From IMG/VR virus record IMGVR_UViG_3300038499_000012, positions 1-64,000 of that record: a DNA stretch of 64,000 bases; one strand, written 5' to 3'. The notes beneath the pieces were generated by a model. The model saw only the letters and a list, made by a program, of their open reading frames with translations, had not been told where the DNA came from and did not search any database. The stretch's first letter is position 1; the number at the start of each line of letters is the position of its first letter. This DNA is from a virus. Its lineage: Duplodnaviria; Heunggongvirae; Uroviricota; Caudoviricetes. Made by a program: the position numbers and the translations under genes. Shown piece by piece: positions 37,040-48,108 of this stretch.

Positions 37040-38170
37040 TTAAGCGACATTAAGAGTCATCGCACCGCCTGAGTGTATCAAATCATGGCTCGAGTCCATG
37101 TCGGATCTGCTCAATACTGCTACTGCATTATTCGTGTCATAGACTTTCACAACAGTCTTCTGCCACGTCCCGTCACGAGCTCCAGAAGGCCAGGATACTG
37201 AGGCGGTATAGTTAGGAGCCGTGTGGACAACCCGTTTGTTTTGACGGCCATCCTGATGCGTGTAGAACACTACGGCCCTGCTGATTTCCGATGTTGTATC
37301 AAAATAAGTGTCGGCACCCTTATTCTGTATAGTTTCTACTAAATATTCTGGATAGGCATGACTGATAACGGAGGATCCATCGGAAGCGGAAGTAGTATCG
37401 TAGTAGTTTGAGCTTCCGGGCATAAAGCCACTGCCTATCCTTGAACGAGGATTACCCCAAAGATCATTCTCGTAGTTCGTGTAGGGGGCGGTACCATTTT
37501 TTACTGAACTGTCAAGACCACCTAAAAATCTGTCTATCCTCCAAGATTCTTTTGAGGCGTTCCAGGCAGGAAGGGTTGTTGTCCAGTCTTTTGCACAATC
37601 TGTAACAGTTCCTGGTGCAAAATCTCCGCGAAAAGCACACTTCGTGTACTCTCCAGAAGGAGGGCCAGAATAATTGTTATAATCAAAAAGGGTGTCTTTT
37701 GCACGAAAAACTGCGCCACATCCAGCTATTATAAAATCTTCAGTTAATAATATAGAACCTTCAATATTTAGGTTTTGATAAATAGGGAATTGTGGTAGAA
37801 CCGGATATATGCGAAGGACACTGTTACGAATTATAGCAGGAGTAACAGATGTAAATATTGTGTTGTTCTCTACCGAAATAATTGCACCCTCTAAATAACA
37901 ACGGTATAATAAAAAATTTGAACAATCCTGAGCTCTTAATCTCCACGGACCATTAATTTCGGGAAGCCAGCTCGTAAGAGTCATGTCTGTTATAAAAGGA
38001 GATCCCAAATACACATTTCTTGAAGTATCCAATTGTCCTTTGATATGAAAAACATCTCCAGGAGTCACATACATATAGGAAAGAGCAAAAAACTGATCCG
38101 CCCCATAAGGAGTGCTGTCAGTCCCTAATCCATATTCTGATTTTTCAAGATTTACATAGTAATCGGCCAT
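37040..38170 (-). CDS. putative tail fibre/tailspike-like structural protein
   Basis: First gene of the minus-strand structural cluster; S/T/N/G-rich, beta-rich composition. Confidence 0.3.
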   Translation of the reverse strand: MADYYVNLEKSEYGLGTDSTPYGADQFFALSYMYVTPGDVFHIKGQLDTSRNVYLGSPFITDMTLTSWLPEINGPWRLRAQDCSNFLLYRCYLEGAIISVENNTIFTSVTPAIIRNSVLRIYPVLPQFPIYQNLNIEGSILLTEDFIIAGCGAVFRAKDTLFDYNNYSGPPSGEYTKCAFRGDFAPGTVTDCAKDWTTTLPAWNASKESWRIDRFLGGLDSSVKNGTAPYTNYENDLWGNPRSRIGSGFMPGSSNYYDTTSASDGSSVISHAYPEYLVETIQNKGADTYFDTTSEISRAVVFYTHQDGRQNKRVVHTAPNYTASVSWPSGARDGTWQKTVVKVYDTNNAVAVLSRSDMDSSHDLIHSGGAMTLNVA

Positions 38171-38171
38171 T

Positions 38172-38693
38172 TCAATTTCCTTCGCTAACAGTATGATCGG
38201 TCAGATATCCTATTTTCAAATCAAGTTTCTTAAAATCCGCACATACTCCCAAGCAGTTACATCCACAGTCATTGTGAAATTTAATGTTCCGCAGACTGGA
38301 ATTCCTAATCAAAATACAGGCAATATCAACATGCATCATATGATCAACAACCTTCAGTTGATAATCCCTAGTCCAACAGCACACCGCTCCATGATCTTGA
38401 TTCACCGACAGAAACTGGATCATCCTCTGAACGGTATCTGATTTTAGGATGACATCCCGATTCATCATCAAAAAGTATTCATCATCAGGCCAGTTCTTCA
38501 GCGCACAATCCCTGAGAATATTCCGACACTCTGTTATCGATAGAAGACCCTTAGTCTGATCAGGCTGACTCGGATCATCTCTTTGAGGCCTGGATACACA
38601 AACCGGCTCCAGTGGCACTGTTTGATTTGCCAGCCCATACAGAACCTTTCTGTGGAGCTCCATGCCATCCTTTAGCGGGATGAGTGCTTTCAC
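38172..38693 (-). CDS. hypothetical protein
   Basis: ORF inside the tail-fibre cluster. Confidence 0.3.
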   Translation of the reverse strand: MKALIPLKDGMELHRKVLYGLANQTVPLEPVCVSRPQRDDPSQPDQTKGLLSITECRNILRDCALKNWPDDEYFLMMNRDVILKSDTVQRMIQFLSVNQDHGAVCCWTRDYQLKVVDHMMHVDIACILIRNSSLRNIKFHNDCGCNCLGVCADFKKLDLKIGYLTDHTVSEGN

Positions 38694-41080
38694 AGGTGGC
38701 CACCGCCATATTTCAAGAGGATTCGAGCTACCTTCCCATTATTAGCCGGCACGAAATATGCGTACTTATCATCTATGAATCCTCCGCTGAATGAAGTAGA
38801 TCCAAGCAATCTGGCATAAATACTTCCAAATTGCACACAGGCGTAAACATCTCCGTTAGGAGCTGCGGCCATACTGCTCCACAGTCGGGACGTCTGTCCC
38901 AATGGAAGGAAATCTCCTACGCCAATCGTCTGCTTATAAATATCTCCATTCTCAACACAGGCGTAAACATCTCCGTTAAAAACTGCAGCCATGCCGTGCC
39001 AGTATCTGGCTGTCAGTCCCAATGTAAGGAAATCTCCTACACCACCCGCCTGCTTGTAAATGTTTCCAGGGCCATACACACAGGCATAGACATCGCCATT
39101 AGGAGCTGCGGCCATGCCCCTCCAATTTCTGGACGACTGTCCTAATGCAAGGAAATCTCCTACGCCCCCCGTCTGCTTATAAATGTCTCCACCTTGCACG
39201 CTGGCATAGACATTACCATTAGGAGCTGCGGCCATGCAACTCCAATTTTGACTCCCTTGTCCTAATGCAAGGAAATCTCCTACACCCCCCGTCTGCTTGT
39301 AAATGTCTCCACCATACACACAGGCATAGACATTACCATTAGGAGCTGCGGCCATGCCCCTCCAATTTTGACTCCCTTGTCCTAATGCAAGGAAATTTTC
39401 TATGCCTCCCGTTTGCTTGTAAATGTCTCCAGGACCATATACACAGGCATAGACATCACCATTGGGAGCTGCGGTCATGCCCATCCAGTATCTGGACGTC
39501 TGCCCTAATGTAAGAAAAGCACTCGCATCTGTAGAGGCAATCATATACGGAAAAAGATTCAGCACGCTCACTGTAGTGAAATCATACAAATCCACCCGAG
39601 CTAACTTGCATCCTGATCCACCTTTGTTTGGTACCAAATATCCGTACCGACCATCAGTGAATCCACCCTCAAATCCTACCAAGCTTGCATCCGTATTTGC
39701 CAAATTAAGGTATGAAACAGAGGTGAAATCCGTCAGATTAATCCTAGTGAAGTAACCATGATAGGCTGTTCCATCTAAAGTATGAGGTACAAGATATGCA
39801 CAGCTTCCATCCGTGAATCCTCCGCTGAATCCTTTTAGATTGGCGTTGTAGTCCGTTAGATTCAGAATACCAATGCCGGCAGCAGCGAAATTGGTAAGAT
39901 CTACTCGTACAAACTTTCCGAATGCAGCACCGTTGTTGTAAGGAACATAGTACCCGTATTTTCCGTCTGTGAATCCACCTCTGAAACCCTTCAGGCTTGA
40001 ATCAGTAAGGGCCAGATCCAATACAGTTGCTGTAGAAAAATTACCAAGATCTATCCGTCCTATATGTCCTGAAGTACTTCTATCTGGTACGTAATATCCA
40101 TAGGCACCATCCGTGAATCCTCCCCAGAATCCATATAGTTCTGAATCACTGGCTGGCATATTAAGAGACATTACTGTAGTGAAATCTGAAAGATCTATTC
40201 TACATGCTCTACCTGACGTATCACTACCATTTGGAACACAATACCCATATCTTCCATCCGTGAATCCTCCCCTGAATTTTCTTAAATCTGCGTGTGTTGA
40301 TGTCAAATTCAAAATACGTACAGAGGAATCATAAGGGTCTACCCTAGCTATTTTTCCATAATTGGTATTAGGAACAAAATAAGAATATCTTCCGTCAGAA
40401 AATCCTCCACTAAATCCAGTCAGGTCTGTATCCGCATCCGACAGATTTATAACGGTTGGCCTACCTAATGCATAGTAAGGAGAGTATCCACGAAGTCCGG
40501 TGTACCCCTGTACTCCTGTCTGACCTACGAGTCCCGTCTGTCCTATAAGTCCTGTTTGACCCTGAACTCCTGTTTGGCCTTGTACACCAGTCTGCCCTTG
40601 TACTCCTGTCTGCCCTATGAGTCCCGTCTGCCCCTGTATTCCTGTCTGCCCTATGAGTCCCGTCTGTCCTTGTACACCAGTCTGTCCCTGTACTCCTGTC
40701 TGACCTATGAGTCCCGTCTGCCCTGTGAGTCCCGTCTGTCCTGTGAGTCCTGTTTGACCCTGAACTCCTGTTTGGCCTTGAGTACCGCCGCTCGTTATCA
40801 TCGCAACCCAATTGGCGTTATTTGTACCATCAATAAGCTGCCAGATAACGTTATCATCAATCTGATATAGGGCCATGCCTTCGACACGAAAGGCATCAGG
40901 AAAACTGGATCGATCGACAGCGGAAGAGACGGTTCTCCATCCTCCAGGATAAGACATAGTACCGTCTACTTGGGCATTACCAGTAACATGAAGTCTTTGG
41001 AGAGTGTAGCTATCCGAGGCGTCCAATTTGGTATGATCAATAGCTCCGTCTGCTATCCATCGGCCTAATATCTGAGACAT
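38690..41080 (-). CDS. tail fibre protein with collagen-like GQTG repeats and ~47-aa tandem repeat modules
   Basis: Conserved N-terminus RWIADGAIDHTKLD. About 35 G-X-Y triplets (GQTGVQGQTGLTGQTG...). Repeats of ...DLxDFtTVxxLNLxxxDxxLxGFxGGFTDGxYGYxVP and NGDVYACVxGGDIYKQTGG. Confidence 0.55.
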   Translation of the reverse strand: MSQILGRWIADGAIDHTKLDASDSYTLQRLHVTGNAQVDGTMSYPGGWRTVSSAVDRSSFPDAFRVEGMALYQIDDNVIWQLIDGTNNANWVAMITSGGTQGQTGVQGQTGLTGQTGLTGQTGLIGQTGVQGQTGVQGQTGLIGQTGIQGQTGLIGQTGVQGQTGVQGQTGVQGQTGLIGQTGLVGQTGVQGYTGLRGYSPYYALGRPTVINLSDADTDLTGFSGGFSDGRYSYFVPNTNYGKIARVDPYDSSVRILNLTSTHADLRKFRGGFTDGRYGYCVPNGSDTSGRACRIDLSDFTTVMSLNMPASDSELYGFWGGFTDGAYGYYVPDRSTSGHIGRIDLGNFSTATVLDLALTDSSLKGFRGGFTDGKYGYYVPYNNGAAFGKFVRVDLTNFAAAGIGILNLTDYNANLKGFSGGFTDGSCAYLVPHTLDGTAYHGYFTRINLTDFTSVSYLNLANTDASLVGFEGGFTDGRYGYLVPNKGGSGCKLARVDLYDFTTVSVLNLFPYMIASTDASAFLTLGQTSRYWMGMTAAPNGDVYACVYGPGDIYKQTGGIENFLALGQGSQNWRGMAAAPNGNVYACVYGGDIYKQTGGVGDFLALGQGSQNWSCMAAAPNGNVYASVQGGDIYKQTGGVGDFLALGQSSRNWRGMAAAPNGDVYACVYGPGNIYKQAGGVGDFLTLGLTARYWHGMAAVFNGDVYACVENGDIYKQTIGVGDFLPLGQTSRLWSSMAAAPNGDVYACVQFGSIYARLLGSTSFSGGFIDDKYAYFVPANNGKVARILLKYGGGHL

Positions 41081-41095
41081 TGCGAATGTTCCTGA

Positions 41096-42781
41096 TTAAA
41101 GGTTTCCACTGAACTTTAGGGGGAATTTTACAACTTTCCCATTCACAGGACTGCCATACGGAACAAGATATCCGTACTTACCGTCTGTGAATCCATACTC
41201 AAAGTATTTCAAACTAGCATCACCAAAAAAACTCACCAAATCTAAAGTTCTCACACAATCAGATGTTGCTGTAAATATGGTTAAATCTATTCTAGCCAGT
41301 ACGCTATTTTCATAGGGAACAAGATACGCATATCTTCCATCAGTGAATCCACCATGAAATCCTGTTAAACTTGCATTAACAGTAGCAAGATTTATGGACG
41401 TTATGCCTGATACTGAAAAATTATTAAGATCTATCCGAGTAAAAAATTGATTAATAAAATACCCGTATTTTCCATCTGTGAATCCACCGTAAAAACCACC
41501 TGTTCCAATATTCAATCTTGTTATAGTAGAAAAATCGTCGAGGCTAACACGTGCTACTTCATCAGAAAAACCACCGCTGGGTCCATAATCATTGTACGGA
41601 ACAAGATATCCGTATTTACCATCAGTAAATCCTCCCTTATACGCAATAGCCGAACCGGGTGATCCTGGGGAAATTTGTAAAGAGCTTACTGTTGTAAAAT
41701 TATCTAAATCAGCTCGATAAAGGTTTTTTGCGTTAGAGGAGTCCCAACTAGGAATAAAATACCCGTAATTACCAGCTACAAATCCTCCACAAAATCCATA
41801 TTCACCTAGATCAAGAGAAGTTACCGTTGAAAAATCCGATAAATTCACACAAGCTACAGTGTGTCCTGGATCTGTGTATCCGGACACTCCTCGAGGAACA
41901 AAATATCCATATTTACCATCTGTGAATCCACCATTAAACCCTGTTAGAGTGGTGCTGATTGCCAATAAATCTAAAGTTGCCACAGAAGAATCTCTAGGGT
42001 CATAACGAGCAATTTTTCCGTCTAAAGGAGGGATAGAATTATTTCCTCGATACGGGACAAAATAACAATATTTTCCATCACTGAAACCTCCACAAAATCC
42101 AACTAAATCAGCAGCAGTAGTTTCCAAATTTAACAAGGTAGGTTTTCCAAGCCCGTAATAAGGAACATCTTGAGTTCCCTGAAGACCTGTCTGTCCCTGA
42201 ATCCCTATTAGGCCTTGTATTCCTGTAGAACCATATAGTCCTGTCTGACCCTGAACTCCTGTCTGACCCTGAACTCCCGTCTGACCTTGGACTCCCGTCT
42301 GACCCTGGACTCCGGTACGGCCCTGTAAGCCTGTGGGGCCTTGCAGACCTGTCTGATACTGGATACCCGTCTGACCCTGAATTCCTGTCTGCCCCTGGAC
42401 TCCTGTATGGCCTTGTAATCCTGTAGGACCGTACAGACCCGTTTGTCCTTGTACTCCAGTAGATCCTATGACACCTAATGTTCCCGCGGCTACTATTTCT
42501 ATCGCCGTCCATTTTGAGTTATCGGTGCCATCATAAAGCTGCCACGTGACATTAGTATCTTTCTGAAAAAGAACCATGCCTTCAATACGCATGGCATCAG
42601 GAAAGCTTGAACGATCGCTTTCAGAAGCTACCGATACCCAGCCTCCAGGCATGGACACGGTACCATCAACTTGTAGACTCTCAGCGCGGAATCCGGACAT
42701 GACGTATGAACTGTCAGAGCTATCGAGCTTCACGGCAGTTATATCGTTATCTGCAATCCATCTGCGTTCTATTTTAGGCAT
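41096..42781 (-). CDS. tail fibre protein paralog (collagen-like repeats)
   Basis: N-terminus RRWIADNDITAVKLD...SVASESDRSSFPDAMRIEGM is homologous to the 38690 protein; GxY repeats; GGFTDGKYGYxVP modules. Confidence 0.55.
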   Translation of the reverse strand: MPKIERRWIADNDITAVKLDSSDSSYVMSGFRAESLQVDGTVSMPGGWVSVASESDRSSFPDAMRIEGMVLFQKDTNVTWQLYDGTDNSKWTAIEIVAAGTLGVIGSTGVQGQTGLYGPTGLQGHTGVQGQTGIQGQTGIQYQTGLQGPTGLQGRTGVQGQTGVQGQTGVQGQTGVQGQTGLYGSTGIQGLIGIQGQTGLQGTQDVPYYGLGKPTLLNLETTAADLVGFCGGFSDGKYCYFVPYRGNNSIPPLDGKIARYDPRDSSVATLDLLAISTTLTGFNGGFTDGKYGYFVPRGVSGYTDPGHTVACVNLSDFSTVTSLDLGEYGFCGGFVAGNYGYFIPSWDSSNAKNLYRADLDNFTTVSSLQISPGSPGSAIAYKGGFTDGKYGYLVPYNDYGPSGGFSDEVARVSLDDFSTITRLNIGTGGFYGGFTDGKYGYFINQFFTRIDLNNFSVSGITSINLATVNASLTGFHGGFTDGRYAYLVPYENSVLARIDLTIFTATSDCVRTLDLVSFFGDASLKYFEYGFTDGKYGYLVPYGSPVNGKVVKFPLKFSGNL

Positions 42782-42808
42782 TCCTGCTCAATCCGTGCTA
42801 AAAGATTA

Positions 42809-43993
42809 TTAACCCAATGCACTTCTGTATCCAGTAGCAACTATGCGTGCTATTTTTCCAATGTTGCTACCACCTACTCCTGTGCGGGCCGTTCGGAAGC
42901 TCTGAATGTATGCATACGTTTTATCCAAGAAACCCCCTCGGCAAGAAACTATTTGTGCATCATAAGTACGCAAATCAAGTATTTCGACGCCAGAGGGTGT
43001 AAAATTGTTCAAATCAATTCTGACCATTTTACCATAGCTATCCGGTGTTATATAGGCATAACGTCCATCACAAAAACCGTTGTTAAACCCTACCAATTCT
43101 GCATCTATGGCCCCTAAGTCAAGAACAGTGACTCCACTGGCAGTGAAATTATTTATGTCAATACGGGCTAACTTACCTGTTAGAGTTATAGCATCTGCTT
43201 TGGTGGCTGGAACCACGTACACATAACGGAAATCAGTGAAAGGTCTTCCAAAATTAGCCATATCAGCATCAACCGTTGTAAGATCGATATAACTAAAATG
43301 ATTAATGTCAAAATTCAGTGTATCAAAACGAACTATCTTTCCATCTGATCTAGCTGCTGAACAGATATATCCATAACGCCCATCTAAACACAGCCCCTTG
43401 AAAAGGGAATACGTCTGGGGTGGAGGTAGAGGGACATTTGTTACGGTTATTGCAGTAACACCCCCCGCTGCAAAATTATTTGTATCAACTCTAATAATTG
43501 TTGACGATGAAAATGGACAAAGATAAAGATACCTACTATCAAGGGCACACCCATTAAATGACTTGTAATTTGCATTTATTGCAGCAAGATCTAGTACTGT
43601 TACTCCTCCTGTTGTAAAATCGATCATGTCAAATCTTACAAGATAACCATGTATAACGTCACCCCCGTGAGGAGCTGCATAGCCATAGCGCCCATCGGTA
43701 ACACCATCAAGATACCATATATAAGCAGGGTTGATCGTAGTAAGATCAATAGAGGTTACTGTAGAAAAATCACGTAAATCAATACGAGCTATTTTTCCAT
43801 GGCATACACCAGCAATAGCTGCTGGAATGAAATAACCATATTGACCATCTGTGAAACATCCATTGAATCCTGTTAAAGTAGCATCACCCGCTGCTAAATT
43901 TGCGATACGAGGTCTTCCCAAAGGATACCACACATCCGATTTACCAATAAAGGCCCGTCCCGTCTCTGTATCCACTTGTCCTAATAATGACAT
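42809..43993 (-). CDS. tail fibre-associated repeat protein
   Basis: The same ~47-aa GF(N/S)GxFTDG(Q/R)YGY module is repeated about 7 times. Confidence 0.4.
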   Translation of the reverse strand: MSLLGQVDTETGRAFIGKSDVWYPLGRPRIANLAAGDATLTGFNGCFTDGQYGYFIPAAIAGVCHGKIARIDLRDFSTVTSIDLTTINPAYIWYLDGVTDGRYGYAAPHGGDVIHGYLVRFDMIDFTTGGVTVLDLAAINANYKSFNGCALDSRYLYLCPFSSSTIIRVDTNNFAAGGVTAITVTNVPLPPPQTYSLFKGLCLDGRYGYICSAARSDGKIVRFDTLNFDINHFSYIDLTTVDADMANFGRPFTDFRYVYVVPATKADAITLTGKLARIDINNFTASGVTVLDLGAIDAELVGFNNGFCDGRYAYITPDSYGKMVRIDLNNFTPSGVEILDLRTYDAQIVSCRGGFLDKTYAYIQSFRTARTGVGGSNIGKIARIVATGYRSALG

Positions 43994-44002
43994 ATCTTCT
44001 CC

Positions 44003-45112
44003 TTAGTAACCATCGGTACTCATGAGATTTGATCCAATTTTCATTATGTTACCACTACAGCCAACAGCACGCTTCTCATACGGATATAAAGCAAAAGCTT
44101 CTTCCGGTGTTGAAGATCCCAACCAAACAACACATCCTTTGTATATCCCTAATAATCCAGTTGCTCCCCATTGAGCAGATATATGAGGTAACCGAAAATT
44201 TGCGGAAGAAGGAAAAACAGCAATTTCAACGGCAGTTGTTCCATTATATTCAAGAATTTTGTATAGGGGTACTGAAACGCTGCCTTCGCTGGATATGATG
44301 TAAAGATTACCGTCATTCCATTGACCTGCCCAAAAGCAATAACTGGATGCAAATGAAGTACCTGTGACCAGTGTTGTATAGGAGGAAGAATCTATCCATC
44401 GGATAACTGTGGCAGGAACTGCCGCAGTCCCAACCCATTTTCCTGTGAATGTATACAATACACCATTATAAGAACAATGACGGCAGTACATAGCTTGCGT
44501 AAACGTAGGCGGGTTGTACACAGGCCCCCGGTCAAATACAAAAACGCTTACTCCGTCCCACCTATAAATATTCTGCTTAGTTGCAGCGTACAGGGTACCT
44601 GCATTAACAAAAAGCTGCATGACTTGTGTTCCTGCAACACCAGATCCTGATATAGCCATACTTGCAACAATTGACCAAGCACTCTCACCATCCCATCGAA
44701 GAAGATATGAAGTTGTCCCAACTGCTGCTACACCTACAGCAAAAATGGTACCTGAAAAGACAACGGGAGGACATGAGAAATTGAGGATACTACTTACTTG
44801 GGGGGCTACGATTATAAAGGCACTACCATCCCACTTGTAAAGTACACCACCTATCCCCGCAACTGTGTATAGCTCATTATTCAGCACAACCGGATGGTTA
44901 TATGAAAAAGCACTCGTACCTTGACCTCCGGTGTAAAACGGATCGGCCAATGCAGTCCATGTACCTGTTAGATCGTCGCAACTTATTACAGCGGAACGTG
45001 TTAAAGGAGCTGTGGCATACGTACCTGCATATATCCTGTTGTTCCAAAGAACACAGCTTGTTATGCTCTCCTGTACGGCATAACCGCTGGCATAATTTCT
45101 TAAATAAAACAT
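44003..45112 (-). CDS. putative structural protein (beta-propeller-like)
   Basis: Y/G/T-rich repeats (LYxxxG...W); within the tail cluster. Confidence 0.3.
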   Translation of the reverse strand: MFYLRNYASGYAVQESITSCVLWNNRIYAGTYATAPLTRSAVISCDDLTGTWTALADPFYTGGQGTSAFSYNHPVVLNNELYTVAGIGGVLYKWDGSAFIIVAPQVSSILNFSCPPVVFSGTIFAVGVAAVGTTSYLLRWDGESAWSIVASMAISGSGVAGTQVMQLFVNAGTLYAATKQNIYRWDGVSVFVFDRGPVYNPPTFTQAMYCRHCSYNGVLYTFTGKWVGTAAVPATVIRWIDSSSYTTLVTGTSFASSYCFWAGQWNDGNLYIISSEGSVSVPLYKILEYNGTTAVEIAVFPSSANFRLPHISAQWGATGLLGIYKGCVVWLGSSTPEEAFALYPYEKRAVGCSGNIMKIGSNLMSTDGY

Positions 45113-45113
45113 A

Positions 45114-45812
45114 CTACCATGTTCTTTCGTGTACAGATCTTACCCAGGTATTCGTTGCTACGCAATCATACAAATAACCTGTGGTAGAGTCGTAATACCG
45201 CTGACCTTTGACACCCGTTCCTGTTGGAGTAGGTATCGATAAAACATATTGTTCAACAATAGCTATATTAGAATCTTTTAATAACAGTCCTGTAGAATCT
45301 GTAAATGCTGCAAGATGATCTGCTACAGATACAGCAGGATCCTTAACTACAGCCCCTTTGGTACCTACATAACGATACCCGGAAATTTTGAAGGGCTTGG
45401 ATAATGACGACGTACTGCCCGAAAATATCAAAACACCAGTCTGATAATTGAAAAACCATCCGCACGGATCCGTTGAAAAAATCTCCACATTAGTATTTTG
45501 ATACACGCGAATAATGTAGTCCGATCCATATTTTGGAGGAACCCAATCCTTTAACCTACTCCCAGAATATGCATAGTAACACTGCTGACTTCCAACCGAA
45601 GTATCCTCAGTCATTGTGAACAGCACCCGCTGCTCCGCTACACCATTCGATACGGCAAGTGCCGCTGAAGATGGTATTGAAGAAGTCCACACATCTTGAA
45701 GACTCTTATTGATTAAGTCATCCGCTTCTTCATTGTAATACTGTTTTGAAGATGAGGTGACCCGCCTATCAATAAGAGTCTTAAATGATAAATCCGCTTG
45801 CGTCCAAGACAT
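45114..45812 (-). CDS. putative tail fibre component
   Basis: ORF within the cluster; stop/start junctions with its neighbours. Confidence 0.3.
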   Translation of the reverse strand: MSWTQADLSFKTLIDRRVTSSSKQYYNEEADDLINKSLQDVWTSSIPSSAALAVSNGVAEQRVLFTMTEDTSVGSQQCYYAYSGSRLKDWVPPKYGSDYIIRVYQNTNVEIFSTDPCGWFFNYQTGVLIFSGSTSSLSKPFKISGYRYVGTKGAVVKDPAVSVADHLAAFTDSTGLLLKDSNIAIVEQYVLSIPTPTGTGVKGQRYYDSTTGYLYDCVATNTWVRSVHERTW

Positions 45813-45821
45813 GATGATTCC

Positions 45822-47933
45822 TTATATTACTAAACCGGTGATGACCATCCTGGAAGCCCGAGCAGCAGATCCGTTCTTCAACGTGACTTTTATATATACA
45901 TACCCGTTTGAGTCTGATGAAGTAGATGTGCCAAACGTAAGATTCAGAGTAGTGCCACTGGACGTTCCAAGCCGACACCCATTACTATCCCCAAAGTCAC
46001 GGCCGGCATCCATCCATCCCGTAGGAGCAAAAGAAGGTGTAACAGAGGGCAAACGCACCTCAAGATTCAAATTACCAGCCCCATCCGCGGAAATGTCCGT
46101 GTAATTTATCCCTGTGAACACTATACGCATATTGGAATAGGCTGATCCAATATTTACTCCCCATACAATAACCTGCTCCCCAGTGAATCCCGTATAATCC
46201 GCCGTCTGTGTAGGCAAATACCCCGACGTGAAATTCAAACTCGGATAAGTCCAATAAGTGTCATACAGCTGTCCATCGCCATTAGTGAGAAGACTGCTCG
46301 ATGTCCAATTACCCGTAAGAGCGCTGGTCTTATCGTCAAAATTCCGGGTCAGAGGTATTCGGTAGTTCTCATCAAACATCGTAATGTCACCACTGGTGCT
46401 GTACGAGGTTGAATAAGTATTCACCAACCGATTCTGAGATGCAGACGTACTGGTCGCAGAAGTCCCACTAGGCTTGGTGGCTGTTATCGTGAGCCGGGCA
46501 TTGGAGCTATACACATTCGAAGCATTCAAAGAATCCAAGCCAGTCCTATCCAAAACATAGGCCTGGTCATAAGCAAACACCGCTCCGCCAATACTAAGAT
46601 TGGCAGCAGTTAGACCGGACATGGAATAGGAAATAGGATTGGTAGGACGGATACACTGATTCGCAAGATTAGCTATGATAGCATGAAGGTTAAAAGTATC
46701 ACCATTGTAGTAGTACCTGACACCAGATAGGTACCTGCTGCTGCCCAAAGTGTTCTGAGTAACAGTCGCATCATCGGTGAACACAGGCGTAAGATTGCTG
46801 TTATCATACCAGAATTTAGTACTGCCGGTCTGCTGTGTCGTATCCCCCACCACGTACATCATTGAGTGATAACTGTATCCAGGACTAGATTGGGTATAGT
46901 TTATACGTGCGTTGGCCTTACGCCACACAGTGTTGTATGTGTCTAAAGCCGAGATAGTGACCGTACCTGTGGTTCCTGTACCAGAAGAAGTGTCCCTGGA
47001 AGAACCTACCGCCCCATCCGAAAAATGTACCACAGATCCTACGTCACCACCAAAAGTCGATCCAGCCTTGAATGATGTAGAAGTGCTTGGAGACGTAAGA
47101 ACGTATGCGTTAATAATCACATAATCTGTTATTGAATCTCCAGCTACTTTACCATCCTGATACCAAGAACTATTTAATCCTGTGGGAAGGATTGCGGTAT
47201 ACTTAGTAACCCCACTGAGTGTCAGAGTACCAGATAGGGCACTAGGGGGCGTGGGAGCTATTGCCAATAGCAGATCATTAATGGAATCGATGGCGTCTGC
47301 GGTATACGTGCTTGCTGTGAATGGGAAAATGCCGCTATAAGTAGCATCTGAGGGCCATCCAAGAGGTATGGCATTTGCTTCATTGGCTCCTGTTATTCCC
47401 TGTATCCCTGTTTGTCCATGCAAACCAGTCTGGCCTAAAACACCGGTCTGTCCTTGAATACCGGTATCGCCTTGGAATCCAGTATCGCCCTGATACCCTA
47501 TTTCTCCTTCAGCTCCTGTTGGTCCTTGTATGCCCGTCTCGCCCTGAATGCCTGTTTGACCAAGAACTCCTGTTTCGCCCTGAATGCCCGTCTCGCCCTG
47601 AACTCCTGTCTGACCCTGAACTCCCGTCTGACCCTGAACTCCCGTCTCGCCTTGGACACCTGTTTGGCCCTGAATTCCGGTGGGGCCCTCAACTCCTGTA
47701 GAACCTAATGGACCTGTTTCTCCTAAAACCCCTGTCTGCCCTTGGATTCCTGTGGGGCCTTGAAAACCGGTTGGACCCTGCAAACCTGTAGTTCCCTGTG
47801 CTCCTGTGCCACCCTTTACCGCAACATTAACGGCATCTTTGATGGTGCTATGGGCATCGAAGGGTATATCTTGGGCCCTGAGTGCGTCGGGGTCGTTCCA
47901 ATCAAGTTCTATCCATTTTCGTTTGGTTTTCAT
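45822..47933 (-). CDS. tail fibre protein with collagen-like triple-helix region
   Basis: About 50 GxY triplets (GTGAQGTTGLQGPTGFQGPTGIQGQTG...) followed by a large S/T-rich C-terminal domain. Confidence 0.5.
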   Translation of the reverse strand: MKTKRKWIELDWNDPDALRAQDIPFDAHSTIKDAVNVAVKGGTGAQGTTGLQGPTGFQGPTGIQGQTGVLGETGPLGSTGVEGPTGIQGQTGVQGETGVQGQTGVQGQTGVQGETGIQGETGVLGQTGIQGETGIQGPTGAEGEIGYQGDTGFQGDTGIQGQTGVLGQTGLHGQTGIQGITGANEANAIPLGWPSDATYSGIFPFTASTYTADAIDSINDLLLAIAPTPPSALSGTLTLSGVTKYTAILPTGLNSSWYQDGKVAGDSITDYVIINAYVLTSPSTSTSFKAGSTFGGDVGSVVHFSDGAVGSSRDTSSGTGTTGTVTISALDTYNTVWRKANARINYTQSSPGYSYHSMMYVVGDTTQQTGSTKFWYDNSNLTPVFTDDATVTQNTLGSSRYLSGVRYYYNGDTFNLHAIIANLANQCIRPTNPISYSMSGLTAANLSIGGAVFAYDQAYVLDRTGLDSLNASNVYSSNARLTITATKPSGTSATSTSASQNRLVNTYSTSYSTSGDITMFDENYRIPLTRNFDDKTSALTGNWTSSSLLTNGDGQLYDTYWTYPSLNFTSGYLPTQTADYTGFTGEQVIVWGVNIGSAYSNMRIVFTGINYTDISADGAGNLNLEVRLPSVTPSFAPTGWMDAGRDFGDSNGCRLGTSSGTTLNLTFGTSTSSDSNGYVYIKVTLKNGSAARASRMVITGLVI

Positions 47934-48108
47934 GCCCGCAAGACCAATATTAGAGTGGGGATGCCCAAGTGACGGAATATGTGTAGGGTATTAGTAGATT
48001 ATGATGGTCGAAGAACTGTTTCCGTTGCTTTTCAAACTTCCTCAAAGGTATTTTTGTTGGTATAGATTGTTTGTAGGTACTCCACCCAATCCTTAGCAGG
48101 AGTGAGTC

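Noticed and set aside
40461-47708. ORFs 40461..40811(-), 40556..40870(+), 42108..42512(-), 47375..47708(+), 47454..47708(+), 47498..47692(-) within tail-fibre genes
   Set aside because: Alternative-frame artefacts of the 9-bp periodic GxY-encoding DNA. They are nested entirely inside the long collagen-like ORFs.
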